From positions 6,176,001 through 6,240,000 of the forward strand of contig CAVUSO010000001.1 in assembly GCA_963744145.1 (NCBI GenBank): a stretch of 64,000 bases of DNA, written 5' to 3'. The notes beneath the pieces are model-generated. The model had not been told where the DNA came from and ran no database searches. It saw only the letters and a list, made by a program, of their open reading frames with translations. The first letter of the stretch is position 1. Every line of letters starts with the position of its first letter. The stretch comes from an uncultured cyanobacterium. Lineage in GTDB: Bacteria > Cyanobacteriota > Cyanobacteriia > Cyanobacteriales > CAWUOF01. Both the position numbers and the translations under genes were made by a program. Positions 43,480 through 53,140 of the stretch are shown here, piece by piece.

Positions 43480-44561
43480 TAGAAAAGTCTAACTGTTCGC
43501 AAACAATGGGGCATTGATATCTGATTGCTAATCTGGCTAGTTGCAGACAAGCCTCAACAATTTGAGCTTGTTGTTGGCCGTTGGGTAATCCAGTTTGTAA
43601 CGAGATCTGACCATGTGCTTTGAGATTACCTTCAGGGTCAAGGTATGCCCATCCAATTGAGCCAGGATTTAGGTCAATGCCGATACATCCATAGTTTACA
43701 GAACGCGATATTTGCTTAACTGGTTTTGGGGTAAATTGGACGGCAGTACACCATTTTCCCTCTTTGTAATAAAAGTGCCAAGTCTTAGCACCTGTTGCTG
43801 GTAATCGGTCAATATTTCTGGGGAAATCACCAATGTTGGACTCAACATATTTACCAAATTGGGACTCTAAACAAGCAGGGACTCTAAACTTTAAATTATT
43901 GCCGTCCCATTGGCAAGATTGATTTCCAAAAGATTCACTCTTAGAGCCAACTACAAAGACTTGATTCCTTGGTACGAAAACCCGAATGGGGATAGTTTTT
44001 AGTTTGGCAATCCTTTGTTGATATCGGAACAGTTTTCGTTTCTTATTGTGGATTTGAAACCGTAAATGTTGCCAATTAGTTTGGCGATATTTTAATGAAC
44101 TGGAGAGTGGAAAACCACAGCCAGTCTTACTATTGACCCAATTCTTTTGACGATAAAACTTCCGGGCATCTTTCAGTTTCTTTTCAGCTTTCTTTAACCA
44201 TTGCTCACAAGACTTCGCCTTACCTTCTAAGGTTTTGATATGTAAATCCCTACATTCCTTAGCACTATCAACTGCCCCCTTAGCTGATGCAACTACACCA
44301 GCAGCATGACGTTTGTTTATTTGATAAATATGCTGTAGATGTCTATTCCAATCGGATTTATTGAACGTTTGTCCTGATAACAAATGATTAACAGTTTCAC
44401 ATACTGCCTGACGGAATATTGGCGCATAAGCATTCAAAAACATCTCGCTTCTGAGTTTTGCCAATGGCGTTTAACTCTTCTAGTGGTGTTGGTAGTCCTT
44501 TGCAGTACGTTAGCCTTGTCATTTAGACTTTTAAATCTTTTTTTATATCTGGATCTTAGCA

Positions 44562-45154
44562 TCATTGCTGAGATTCTGCAAGCTTTTCCAAAAGTTTTTT
44601 ATTTTTGTTTGAGCGAGAGCCATAGAGTCGAGCCGAAAATACAGTGATAATCTCTAAAACATCGGAAGCTAGGTCTTCTTCAAAGGTGGCATCTTCTTTT
44701 TTGTTCAGAATGACAATCTCAATGTCGTGATACTCGCAAACAGCAAAGATCAACTCCGCCCCAAATCGTAGTAATCTATCCTTATGTGTTACTACCAAAC
44801 GGGCGATATCCCCATCTAAAATCGCTGTCAGTAGTTTGGCTAAACCTTTTTTCCGATAGTTCATTCCACTACCTAGATCCCTAATTACCTCATATTCCCA
44901 TCCCTTGGACTGGCAATAACCAGACAGCACGGCATCTTGTCTATCAAGGTCTGCTTTTTGGTCTAGGGTAGAAACACGGGCATAGGCGAGGGTTTTGCCT
45001 GGTTTTTGTTCTACAAAGTCTGATAAACGATCAATCTATGTCCTCCATCAGTCCTGACTGATTTAATTTTCCCGTCATTCTCCCATCGTCTGATGGTGTC
45101 TACGCTGACAGCCTTAAGCTCGGCCAGTTCCCCAATACTAATTAATCTATCCAC
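44562..45154 (-). pseudogene. tnpA: IS607 TnpA serine recombinase, frameshifted
   Basis: GTG start, MerR-like HTH (SVDTIRRWE..RTDGGHR), frameshift near 45032, then AYARVS, DLGSGMNY, KDRLLRFG, FSARLYG. Confidence 0.85.
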
Positions 45155-45221
45155 CGTTTTGCCTAGAATTTATCCTCTCAATTATAGGTAAACCTAGGTA
45201 TTTTGGCAACAGTGATCATCC

Positions 45222-46141
45222 CCATTGCTGGAATAACTTTAAGTAATGTTAGACCATCCTGGAGGATATTTGCAGGAGAAGAAGGAGATGTCACCAAAAT
45301 AGATTGGTGTCAATATCGCGGTTTAGTTGACATTATTCATGGTGGTCCACCCTGTCAACCTTTTTCTATTGCAGGTCATCAAAAAGGTCAAAATGACAGC
45401 CGAGATATGTTTCCTGAATTTGTTCGAGCTATATTGGCAATAGAGCCAATGGCATTTGTGGCTGAAAATGTTACTGCGTTAGTTAGCCAAAAGTTCAGTC
45501 AATATGTAAAAGAAAATATCGAAACCCCACTTCTGCCCAAGTATAACTTAACTAAATTTATTATAAACGCTTCATCTTTCGGAATTCCCCAAATTAGAAA
45601 GCGTGTTTTTTTTGTCGGATTTCGAGATGAAAAAATTGCTGCTAAATATCAGCCACCTTTACCCACACATTATTGGCCAGATTCAGCAATAAAAGTATTT
45701 AATTCACCTGTTCAGCTAGATTTATTTTCTCTACCAGAACAACCAAATACCTTACAACGTTGTTTCGGAGTTCGGGAAGCTTTAGGATTACCTGATATTG
45801 GATTCGATGCTTTATCACCAACGATTCGGAGTTCTCTAACTGGAATACGTCATACCACATCTGTTTTAAGCAGTGTTTCCGCCCAAAAAACCTGGGCTAA
45901 AATGGAAATATGGCCAAATGGAGTTGCTGCAAATCGTGAACAAGCGCGTTTATTTGTTGCCAAAAATGGTCATTTTCGTTTATCTATACCAGATTGTGCA
46001 ATTTTACAAGGTTTTCCCGAAGATTGGCCTATTTGTGGTGCTGTTTATATGGCTTTAGGTCAAATTGGCAATGCTGTCCCACCTCCAATGGCTTATCGAG
46101 TTGCTCTATCTATTGCTCAATCGTTATTTGGATGTTTCTAG
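45222..46141 (+). pseudogene. 3' part of the C5 cytosine DNA methyltransferase
   Basis: GGPPCQPFS (IV), ENV (VI), QIRKRVF (VIII), QIGNAVPP (X). Confidence 0.9.
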
Positions 46142-46147
46142 ATCAGA

Positions 46148-47755
46148 TTATTTCCTCACTGCTACTAATGATTTTTCTGTAACTGTGAGTGGTGCTGTTA
46201 AAGCTGACTCCAAATCAGCACAACCAAATCTTGCTTCCAAAATTGCCATTACTTCGCGACCAAAATCATGAGGATTCTGATTCCAAGCATCTAGACAAAC
46301 TTCTCCAAATAAGGAACCATTAGGCTCGGGATTCCAGAGTAATTTCCGAGCATTCCACGGCATTAAACTCATCGGATTATAACCCGGTTTGAGGATATTT
46401 TGCTCAAAGGCATATTCTTCTAAAAGAGTATGGGGCTGGAGTCCAATAAAGAAAATCGCAGGTTCAACTTTATCAGCTCCAAAAATCCTTTCTAATTCGC
46501 GATGATAGGCTATTGTTTGCTGAATTGTTTCCGGTCGTTCATCAATTACATTAAAAGAATAATTAACAGAAACTAAATCGTTAAACCCAGCGGCTTTTAA
46601 ATCACGGCAATTTTCCAAAACTATCCGTAAGTTATAGCCCATTCGCATTTTTCTCACCAATTCTTGAGAACCGCTAGTAATTCCGATTTCAAAATAATTC
46701 ATCCCAGTTCTCACCATCAGATCGCATAGTTGGGGAGTGAGATTATCAGCGCGAATATAAGCAGCCCAATGGATGTCTTTCATCCCAGCATCAAGAATTT
46801 TTTGTAATAATTCAATGGTATCGTCAATAAATTTTCGAGCGGGAATAAATTGAGCATCGGTAAACCAGAAATTTCTGATTCCTAGATCATATAGTTGACG
46901 CATTTCTGCTACTACTTCATCCGCAGGATTTAGCCGTACTTGCTTACCTTCGATCACTGTATAGATACAGTAGCAACAATTATGAGGACAACCTCGCTTC
47001 GTTTGGACACCGACATAAAAATCTTCGTCTTGGAGATAATAGGCAAATTCTGACCAAATTGATTGAATATATTGGTAGTTACAAGCAGTTTTTTGGATGG
47101 GAGTGGGGTTTTCGTGGATCATGCGATCGCGTGAGGTAGTTTTTCCCACCACATAACAACGTTCATCGCTAAAATCCTGATTTTTGAGAATTTTTTCTAG
47201 TAACACTTCTCCTTCACCGACCGAAACTATTGTCCCGAACGGTAAACTGTGACCGAGCTGCTCATAGAAAACACTGACAGCTCCACCACCTACCACTAAT
47301 TTTGCTTGGGGGTCATATTTTTGGGCTCGTTTTAACCCCCGTTTAATTAAGTGCAAATTGCCCCACAGCTCAGTATAATAAGAGGTGGCTAAACGCAAAC
47401 CACCTAATGCCCCTTTTAATTTAATCAGGGGATTTTTGGCATAGTAGAATTCAAAAGCATTTTGGAGAGGATTACCCCCACGACCACCAACAGGAGCATA
47501 AATTTGGATATCTCGCCAAGAAAAAACGAGTAAATTGGGTTTAAATTCATCAATACAAGCATCGAGGGCACGGTTAAAATCAAGTGGAGGAACAGTACCC
47601 AAATCAAAAATGCGCTGTTTAATGTCTGGAAACATTTTATGGACATAATCTGCCAGATAAACAACACCAATGGGAAAAATCGGATTGCAGGGAAGACGAA
47701 CGTAGAGAATATGATCAGACATATCTTTATATATAGATTGTTCCAGAGAGTTCAT
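46148..47755 (-). CDS. B12-binding-like radical SAM protein (Slr0320-like, photosystem II high-light acclimation family)
   Basis: VRLPCNPIFPIGVVYL, RGCPHNCCYC. Confidence 0.85.
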   Translation of the reverse strand: MNSLEQSIYKDMSDHILYVRLPCNPIFPIGVVYLADYVHKMFPDIKQRIFDLGTVPPLDFNRALDACIDEFKPNLLVFSWRDIQIYAPVGGRGGNPLQNAFEFYYAKNPLIKLKGALGGLRLATSYYTELWGNLHLIKRGLKRAQKYDPQAKLVVGGGAVSVFYEQLGHSLPFGTIVSVGEGEVLLEKILKNQDFSDERCYVVGKTTSRDRMIHENPTPIQKTACNYQYIQSIWSEFAYYLQDEDFYVGVQTKRGCPHNCCYCIYTVIEGKQVRLNPADEVVAEMRQLYDLGIRNFWFTDAQFIPARKFIDDTIELLQKILDAGMKDIHWAAYIRADNLTPQLCDLMVRTGMNYFEIGITSGSQELVRKMRMGYNLRIVLENCRDLKAAGFNDLVSVNYSFNVIDERPETIQQTIAYHRELERIFGADKVEPAIFFIGLQPHTLLEEYAFEQNILKPGYNPMSLMPWNARKLLWNPEPNGSLFGEVCLDAWNQNPHDFGREVMAILEARFGCADLESALTAPLTVTEKSLVAVRK

Positions 47756-48065
47756 TTATTTTTCTTAATTATACTCCTCAGTGGCAACAATCCGAACTAA
47801 TGCTTACCCGGATGAACCTTTTATTTTTATAAAAAAAATTAATCTTTAGATAATGTTTAGATAATTTTAGCAGAAACATCCTGACTGTCTGAGTTAGGGG
47901 CAACAAATAAAAGCTGAAAAAATAAACGGTCAAAAAAGAATTTGATGATCAAGAAGCTAAAAAAAAATCAGTTGGTAGTCATGTTTACAGCACACGGGGA
48001 TCAGAGAGTGTTAATCTAAAAGAGTAATCCTAAAGTGTTGGCGCAGTTAGCTCCTCAGTATTGTT

Positions 48066-48461
48066 ATGGCTCAAATTCTTGATCCCCTACCATCTGAACA
48101 ACCCAGTGGTATAGTCTGCTGCTATGTAAATGCAACAAGCAAGGTTCAGATTGCTCGGATCTGTAATATTCCCAACTGGTACTTTGAGAGGGTGGTTTTT
48201 CCAGGACAGCGCCTGGTCTTTGAAGCACTGCCAGAAGCTGCGCTAGAAATTCACACTGGTATGATGGCTAGCGCAATTCTATCAGATAAAATTTCTTGCG
48301 ATCGCCTTCGAGTTAGTGAAGACAATAATTCGGTCTTTACTCCTACTCCCGAGGAGAGAGTGCCAGAAATAGATAAGAAACAGCGCATAGAACCAATTTC
48401 TAAAAAACATTGGGCCATCTCCGAGCCTTTAACACTGGCGGTTTTAACCGCAGTTGATTGA
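48066..48461 (+). CDS. DUF1830-family protein
   Basis: CCYVNATSKVQIARI.NIPNWYFERVVFPGQRLVFEA. Confidence 0.88.
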   Translation: MAQILDPLPSEQPSGIVCCYVNATSKVQIARICNIPNWYFERVVFPGQRLVFEALPEAALEIHTGMMASAILSDKISCDRLRVSEDNNSVFTPTPEERVPEIDKKQRIEPISKKHWAISEPLTLAVLTAVD

Positions 48462-48626
48462 GATCCAATTTTAACAAACTGACAATTTTTTTCTAGTCCA
48501 GGAACACTTTTGGGTGTTTCTGGACTTTTAAATTTGTGGAAATTGCACGACTAGCGGCTAAACTACTAAAGGTACAAATCCCAATTGGGAAGACCATACT
48601 TTCCCCCGCAGACGGAGATTGAAGTT

Positions 48627-49268
48627 TTGGCGATCGAACTACGTAGTTATGTCTATTTGGACAATTTACAACCGCAGCACGCTGCTTACATGGGAACGGT
48701 GGCACTGGGATTTTTACCATTACCAGGAGATGCGTCCCTGTGGATTGAGATTTCACCAGGGATTGAAATTAATCGCATTACAGATGTTGCGCTCAAATCA
48801 ACTTCTGTACGTCCTGGAGTACAGGTGGTAGAACGTCTTTATGGTCTTCTGGAAGTTCATTCGAGTAAACAAGGGGAAACCCGTACTGCCGGTAAAGCGA
48901 TTTTGGATGCTTTGGGTGTTCACCAACAAGATTGTCTGAAGCCCCGGGTTATTTCTAGCCAAATTATTCGCAATATTGATGCTCACCAAACTCAATTGAT
49001 CAATCGGACCAGACGCGGTCAGATGATTTTAGCGGGACAAACTCTTTATGTGCTTGAAGTCCAACCAGCTGCTTATGCGGCTTTAGCAGCAAATGAAGCA
49101 GAAAAAGCTGCTTCGATTAATATTTTAGAAATTCAGGCTGTTGGGATTTTTGGTCGTCTCTATTTAGGTGGTGAAGAACGTGATATTATGGCTGGTTCTG
49201 GGGCCGCATTGATGGCCATCAAAAATAGTGTTGGTCGGGAAGAGCATCCGGGCGATCGCCCATCCTAA
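48627..49268 (+). CDS. ccmP: carboxysome tandem-BMC shell protein CcmP
   Basis: [22 protein letters not shown]...[12 protein letters not shown]...[11 protein letters not shown] start after GGAG. Confidence 0.88.
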   Translation: MAIELRSYVYLDNLQPQHAAYMGTVALGFLPLPGDASLWIEISPGIEINRITDVALKSTSVRPGVQVVERLYGLLEVHSSKQGETRTAGKAILDALGVHQQDCLKPRVISSQIIRNIDAHQTQLINRTRRGQMILAGQTLYVLEVQPAAYAALAANEAEKAASINILEIQAVGIFGRLYLGGEERDIMAGSGAALMAIKNSVGREEHPGDRPS

Positions 49269-49318
49269 TTCCCATGAATTGCCATTGTTTAGTTGGTGTT
49301 GAATTTTATTAACTCTGT

Positions 49319-50164
49319 ATGAAAGAACATCTTAAGATCCTAAATTCAGGTCCTGTACGTTGGATTGAATGGAGACAAAAAAATCCAGATCTAGAACCAG
49401 ACTTGAGTGCCGCTCACCTAAATGGAGCTAATCTCAGAGGAGCTTATTTAGAAAAAACTTGCTTGAGTCGCGCTAATTTGAGTAAGGCTTTATTGATTAC
49501 AGCTAATCTGAAACAAGCTAATCTTAGTAATGCCAATCTTGAAGCGGCTGAACTAATTGAAGCTAATCTAAGCCGAGCTAATCTGAGCATTGCTAGTTTG
49601 ATCTGTGCTAGTTTGAGTGGAGCTAATCTCAGTGAAGCTAATTTGATTGGGGCTGATTTGAGAGGGGCTAATTTGAGCGATGCTGATCTGGGTGATGCTA
49701 ATTTAATTGGCACTGATCTGACTGGAGCTAATCTGAAAGGAGCAGACTTACAAAGAGCTTTATTAACTAGAACTAATCTCAGCATGGCTGATCTTTATCA
49801 GGCTAATCTTAATCACGCTAACTTAAATAATGCTAATCTTTATGCAGCCGAGTTAAGTGGAGCTTATCTTTATCACGTTGACTTTACTCAAGCTAATCTC
49901 AGTCAGGTTCATCTTAATGGAGCTTATCTATTTGGATCTAATTTCAGTGAGGCTAATTTATTTCGTGCTGATTTGAGATGGACAAATCTTAGTAAAAGTA
50001 ATTTTAATGGTGCTAATCTCAGTTCTGCTAATCTCAGAGGTGCTAACTTAACCAAAGCTAGTATCATCGGTGCTAATCTTCTTGATGCTAATCTTGATGG
50101 TGTAGACCTCAGTAAATGTAATCTTCACGGAACAATTATGCCGGATGGGATCATTCATAATTAA
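49319..50164 (+). CDS. pentapeptide-repeat protein
   Basis: WIEWRQKNP..PDLS followed by ANLS repeats, ending MPDG. Confidence 0.92.
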   Translation: MKEHLKILNSGPVRWIEWRQKNPDLEPDLSAAHLNGANLRGAYLEKTCLSRANLSKALLITANLKQANLSNANLEAAELIEANLSRANLSIASLICASLSGANLSEANLIGADLRGANLSDADLGDANLIGTDLTGANLKGADLQRALLTRTNLSMADLYQANLNHANLNNANLYAAELSGAYLYHVDFTQANLSQVHLNGAYLFGSNFSEANLFRADLRWTNLSKSNFNGANLSSANLRGANLTKASIIGANLLDANLDGVDLSKCNLHGTIMPDGIIHN

Positions 50165-50230
50165 TGTCCTATCGATGGAAAAATCAATCTAGCGATCGCT
50201 GGCAATGATCCGTTAAGTTTAGTAAGCACC

Positions 50231-52522
50231 ATGATTTTTCAATTTTTCCAGAAATATCGCCCATGGCTGTTAATGATCTTACTAACGGGATTAGCAATTT
50301 TATCAATTAAATATATCCCTTTAATTTATGTTCCACAAGCTCCCCAAATATCAACTAATCAAAATCCTGTTTATTTTACGGTTAAAGCCGATCAGATTCG
50401 GATAGATTGGTCTGAAAAAATCGCGAAAATTAGTGAACACCAATTATTTGTCGATGGGAGTAATGGGAATGACGATAACGACGGGGAAACTCTCTTAACA
50501 GCTTTTAAAACTATTCAAAAGTGTGCCGATGCAGCACCTAGTGGTTCTGTTTGTTTGATTCGTGGTGGGGTATATCGCGAAACTGTTATTCCTGCTCATG
50601 ATCAGGTAATTTACCGCAATTATAATCAGGAAAAAGTAACTGTAACTGGTGCTGATTTAATTACTGGATGGCTACCTTTTGATCTTCAGGATCATAAAAA
50701 AATCTATCGCGCTCACCAAGATTGGAATTTAGGGTTAGGTCTGGAGCAAATTATTGTCGATGGGAAAATGATGGTAGCCGCCCGGTGGCCCAATATTTCG
50801 ATCGCTCAGGTTACTACTTTAAAAAATACTGATAAAGCTAGATCTAATGATCGTAATGGTGGAGGACACAGTAGCGATCGGATTGGTTGGTATAATGATA
50901 GTGACCTCAAGGAAGCTGGAGTAAACTGGCAAGGAGGTAAAATTACTTTTGCTCCAGGTTGGTTGTGGAATAATTATACTTGTGATGTGACTAATTCTAC
51001 TCGCGATCGCGTAGATTTTCAATGTCCATTTCCTAGCTTAGAGCAGGAATGGAGTTTTCCTGGTAATAAAGACTATTTTTTTTTATGGGGTAAGTACCAA
51101 GGGTTAGATTATCCGGGGGAATTTTTTCAAGACCCAAAGAACAATAACTTATTTCTTTGGACAGCTGATAGTAGCAATCCGAATACCAAAACAGTTGAGT
51201 CTAAAAAACGCAATTATTGGTTTGTTTTAGATGATCGATCGCAGATTACGATCGAGGGCATAAATTTTATCGCTGGTACTTTCAAATTTAATAATAAAAG
51301 TAACAATAATCTTCTTAATAAGATCAAAGCTAAGTATGTTGGTCACTACATGGATATAGCTCTGATTAACTATACCGATCGCCAGCCAAGAACTATTAAC
51401 ATTCAAGGACATGGTAACCAAATTATTAATAGTGAATTAAGTGACAGCTCAACTAGTATGATATTTTTAGATCATGGCGCTATTAATACTAAAATTGCTA
51501 ATAACATCATCTACAACGTGAATTATAACGGTACAGTTAATGATGGAGCGATCGCTGGAATTGCAACTAATGTGGGAGGAAATGAAACTAATATGGGAGG
51601 AAATGAAACTAATGAGTTTGGGCAAAATACAGTTTTTAATAGTGGCTACAATGGAGTCATGATGGATTCTGGTTTAGATATAAAAAATAATGATGTTTAC
51701 AACACTCATTTTCAAGGTACTGATAGCGGTGCGATTAGTATGAGTCCCGATACAGATGGTAAAGGACTAGAAGTTGCTTATAACTACGTCCATGATGCAA
51801 TGGGTGAAATAGATAAAGATTTAAATCGTTTTGGAGGTCATGGAATTTATGCAGATATTCACACTAAAAACTTTCTTTGGCACCACAATGTAATTTGGCA
51901 TAATTCCGCCGAAAATTTACTAATATTGACCAAGCAAGATGGTCAAACAGGTCTAGTTTATCATAATACATCTGATGGAGAAATAGGTGCTGATGGGAAA
52001 GATATGGACGGGTTAGACTTTAAAAATAACTTAGCGAAAAGCTTTTTGAAAAATTCCCTTGGCTCAGTACCCCAAAGCAATAATTATTGGTACGGTAATA
52101 ATGATCCAAAATTCGTAGACTCAGATCACCATGACTATCGCTTATTACCAAATTCCCCTGCTAAAAATATCGGACAACCAATTCAGATCAACTTCTTCGG
52201 TAAAAATATTAATGTTACTGGTGAATTTGGACAAAATCAACCAGATGTAGGTGCTTTTGAAGGAGAAACCCAAAATTGGGTAGCTGGTGCTATTATATTG
52301 CCGGAAAATGTCGAGAGTTTAAAGATTAATTGTGTTAGCATGGGTAACGATCGGGCTAATTGTGATATTACTAATTTACCAATGGGGCGCAAAATACCTG
52401 CCCAGTTTCAAATGAATGGTTTTGGAGAGATGATTCATTGTATTAATATCACTAACTATACTACTAATATTAGCACTGGTAAATGCTCTAATATCCCAGT
52501 GCTGAAAAAGAAGTTAAACTAA
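50231..52522 (+). CDS. exported right-handed beta-helix (pectin-lyase-like) protein
   Basis: N-terminal TM/signal, GNDDNDG..AFKTIQ, IRGGVYRE, ARWPN, Asn-rich beta-helix repeats, PDVGAFE. Confidence 0.8.
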   Translation: MIFQFFQKYRPWLLMILLTGLAILSIKYIPLIYVPQAPQISTNQNPVYFTVKADQIRIDWSEKIAKISEHQLFVDGSNGNDDNDGETLLTAFKTIQKCADAAPSGSVCLIRGGVYRETVIPAHDQVIYRNYNQEKVTVTGADLITGWLPFDLQDHKKIYRAHQDWNLGLGLEQIIVDGKMMVAARWPNISIAQVTTLKNTDKARSNDRNGGGHSSDRIGWYNDSDLKEAGVNWQGGKITFAPGWLWNNYTCDVTNSTRDRVDFQCPFPSLEQEWSFPGNKDYFFLWGKYQGLDYPGEFFQDPKNNNLFLWTADSSNPNTKTVESKKRNYWFVLDDRSQITIEGINFIAGTFKFNNKSNNNLLNKIKAKYVGHYMDIALINYTDRQPRTINIQGHGNQIINSELSDSSTSMIFLDHGAINTKIANNIIYNVNYNGTVNDGAIAGIATNVGGNETNMGGNETNEFGQNTVFNSGYNGVMMDSGLDIKNNDVYNTHFQGTDSGAISMSPDTDGKGLEVAYNYVHDAMGEIDKDLNRFGGHGIYADIHTKNFLWHHNVIWHNSAENLLILTKQDGQTGLVYHNTSDGEIGADGKDMDGLDFKNNLAKSFLKNSLGSVPQSNNYWYGNNDPKFVDSDHHDYRLLPNSPAKNIGQPIQINFFGKNINVTGEFGQNQPDVGAFEGETQNWVAGAIILPENVESLKINCVSMGNDRANCDITNLPMGRKIPAQFQMNGFGEMIHCINITNYTTNISTGKCSNIPVLKKKLN

Positions 52523-52610
52523 AAGCGAAGCATTCCGGAACTATTTTTGCGCTCAAGCGATCGCTAAATACCAGTCTATTAATTGCAATTGACAGCCATC
52601 AACATAATGT

Positions 52611-53012
52611 GTAGGGGCGAAGCATTCCGGCAGATCAGTCATAGGTAAACACCAGTAACTTTATCCCGGAATGCTTCGCCCTTCTTTGAGGGTGGTGGAA
52701 TGTAGGGGCGAAGCATTCCGGCAGATCAGTCATAGGTAAACACCAGTAACTTTATCCCGGAATGCTTCGCCCTTCTTGCCGACAGATCAGTTATATGTCA
52801 ATACATTCAGTTAAGAATATTTTGGAGGATACGGGCAAATCAGGGCGAAGCATTCGGATATAATGTTAACCGTTGTGAACGATCGCTTATCGCCCGAATG
52901 CTTCGCCCCTACAATCGATCGCTTGGGGATACGGGCAAATCAGGGCGAAGCATTCGGATATAATATTAACCGTTGTAAACGATCGCTTGTCGCCCGAATG
53001 CTTCGCCCCTAC
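52611..53012. repeat. REP/REPIN-like hairpin array (2 type A + 2 type B units)
   Basis: GTAGGGGCGAAGCATTC...GAATGCTTCGCCC(CTAC) units. Confidence 0.88.
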
Positions 53013-53140
53013 AATTAACCGAACCATATTGAGTGCGAAGCGATCGCATTAAATTAATCTCTATCTATAGTATTTTTTTTGAGTGCGATCACCATAAATA
53101 TATCTCAAACTCAATGATATTTGCTTAGGAACTTAGGCTG

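Larger units (their letters stand above)
41449..44522 (-). pseudogene. tnpB: TnpB-related RuvC nuclease, split by IS630 and frameshifted near its 5' end
   Basis: GIDLNP, VCEQLDFS|TKKEQLRE, VNPAYSS, SDEAAA; true start MTRLTYCKGLPTP at 44522 is out of frame near 44450. Confidence 0.82.
41388..45221 (-). mobile_element. degenerate IS607-family element (tnpA + tnpB) containing a nested IS630
   Basis: CC at both junctions (41386-41387, 45220-45221; GG on the element strand); removal restores in-frame YDILPIAG; GTAAACCTA occurs near both ends. Confidence 0.88.

Noticed and set aside
41388..45221. IStron (group I intron plus IS607) that would splice out of the methyltransferase mRNA
   Set aside because: The element is antisense to the host gene and only about 65 nt precede tnpA, leaving no room for a ribozyme core
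46148..47755. Radical SAM enzyme as peptide modifier
   Set aside because: Looks like the conserved cyanobacterial Slr0320-type family, lies 25 kb away, and shows no SPASM or RRE signature
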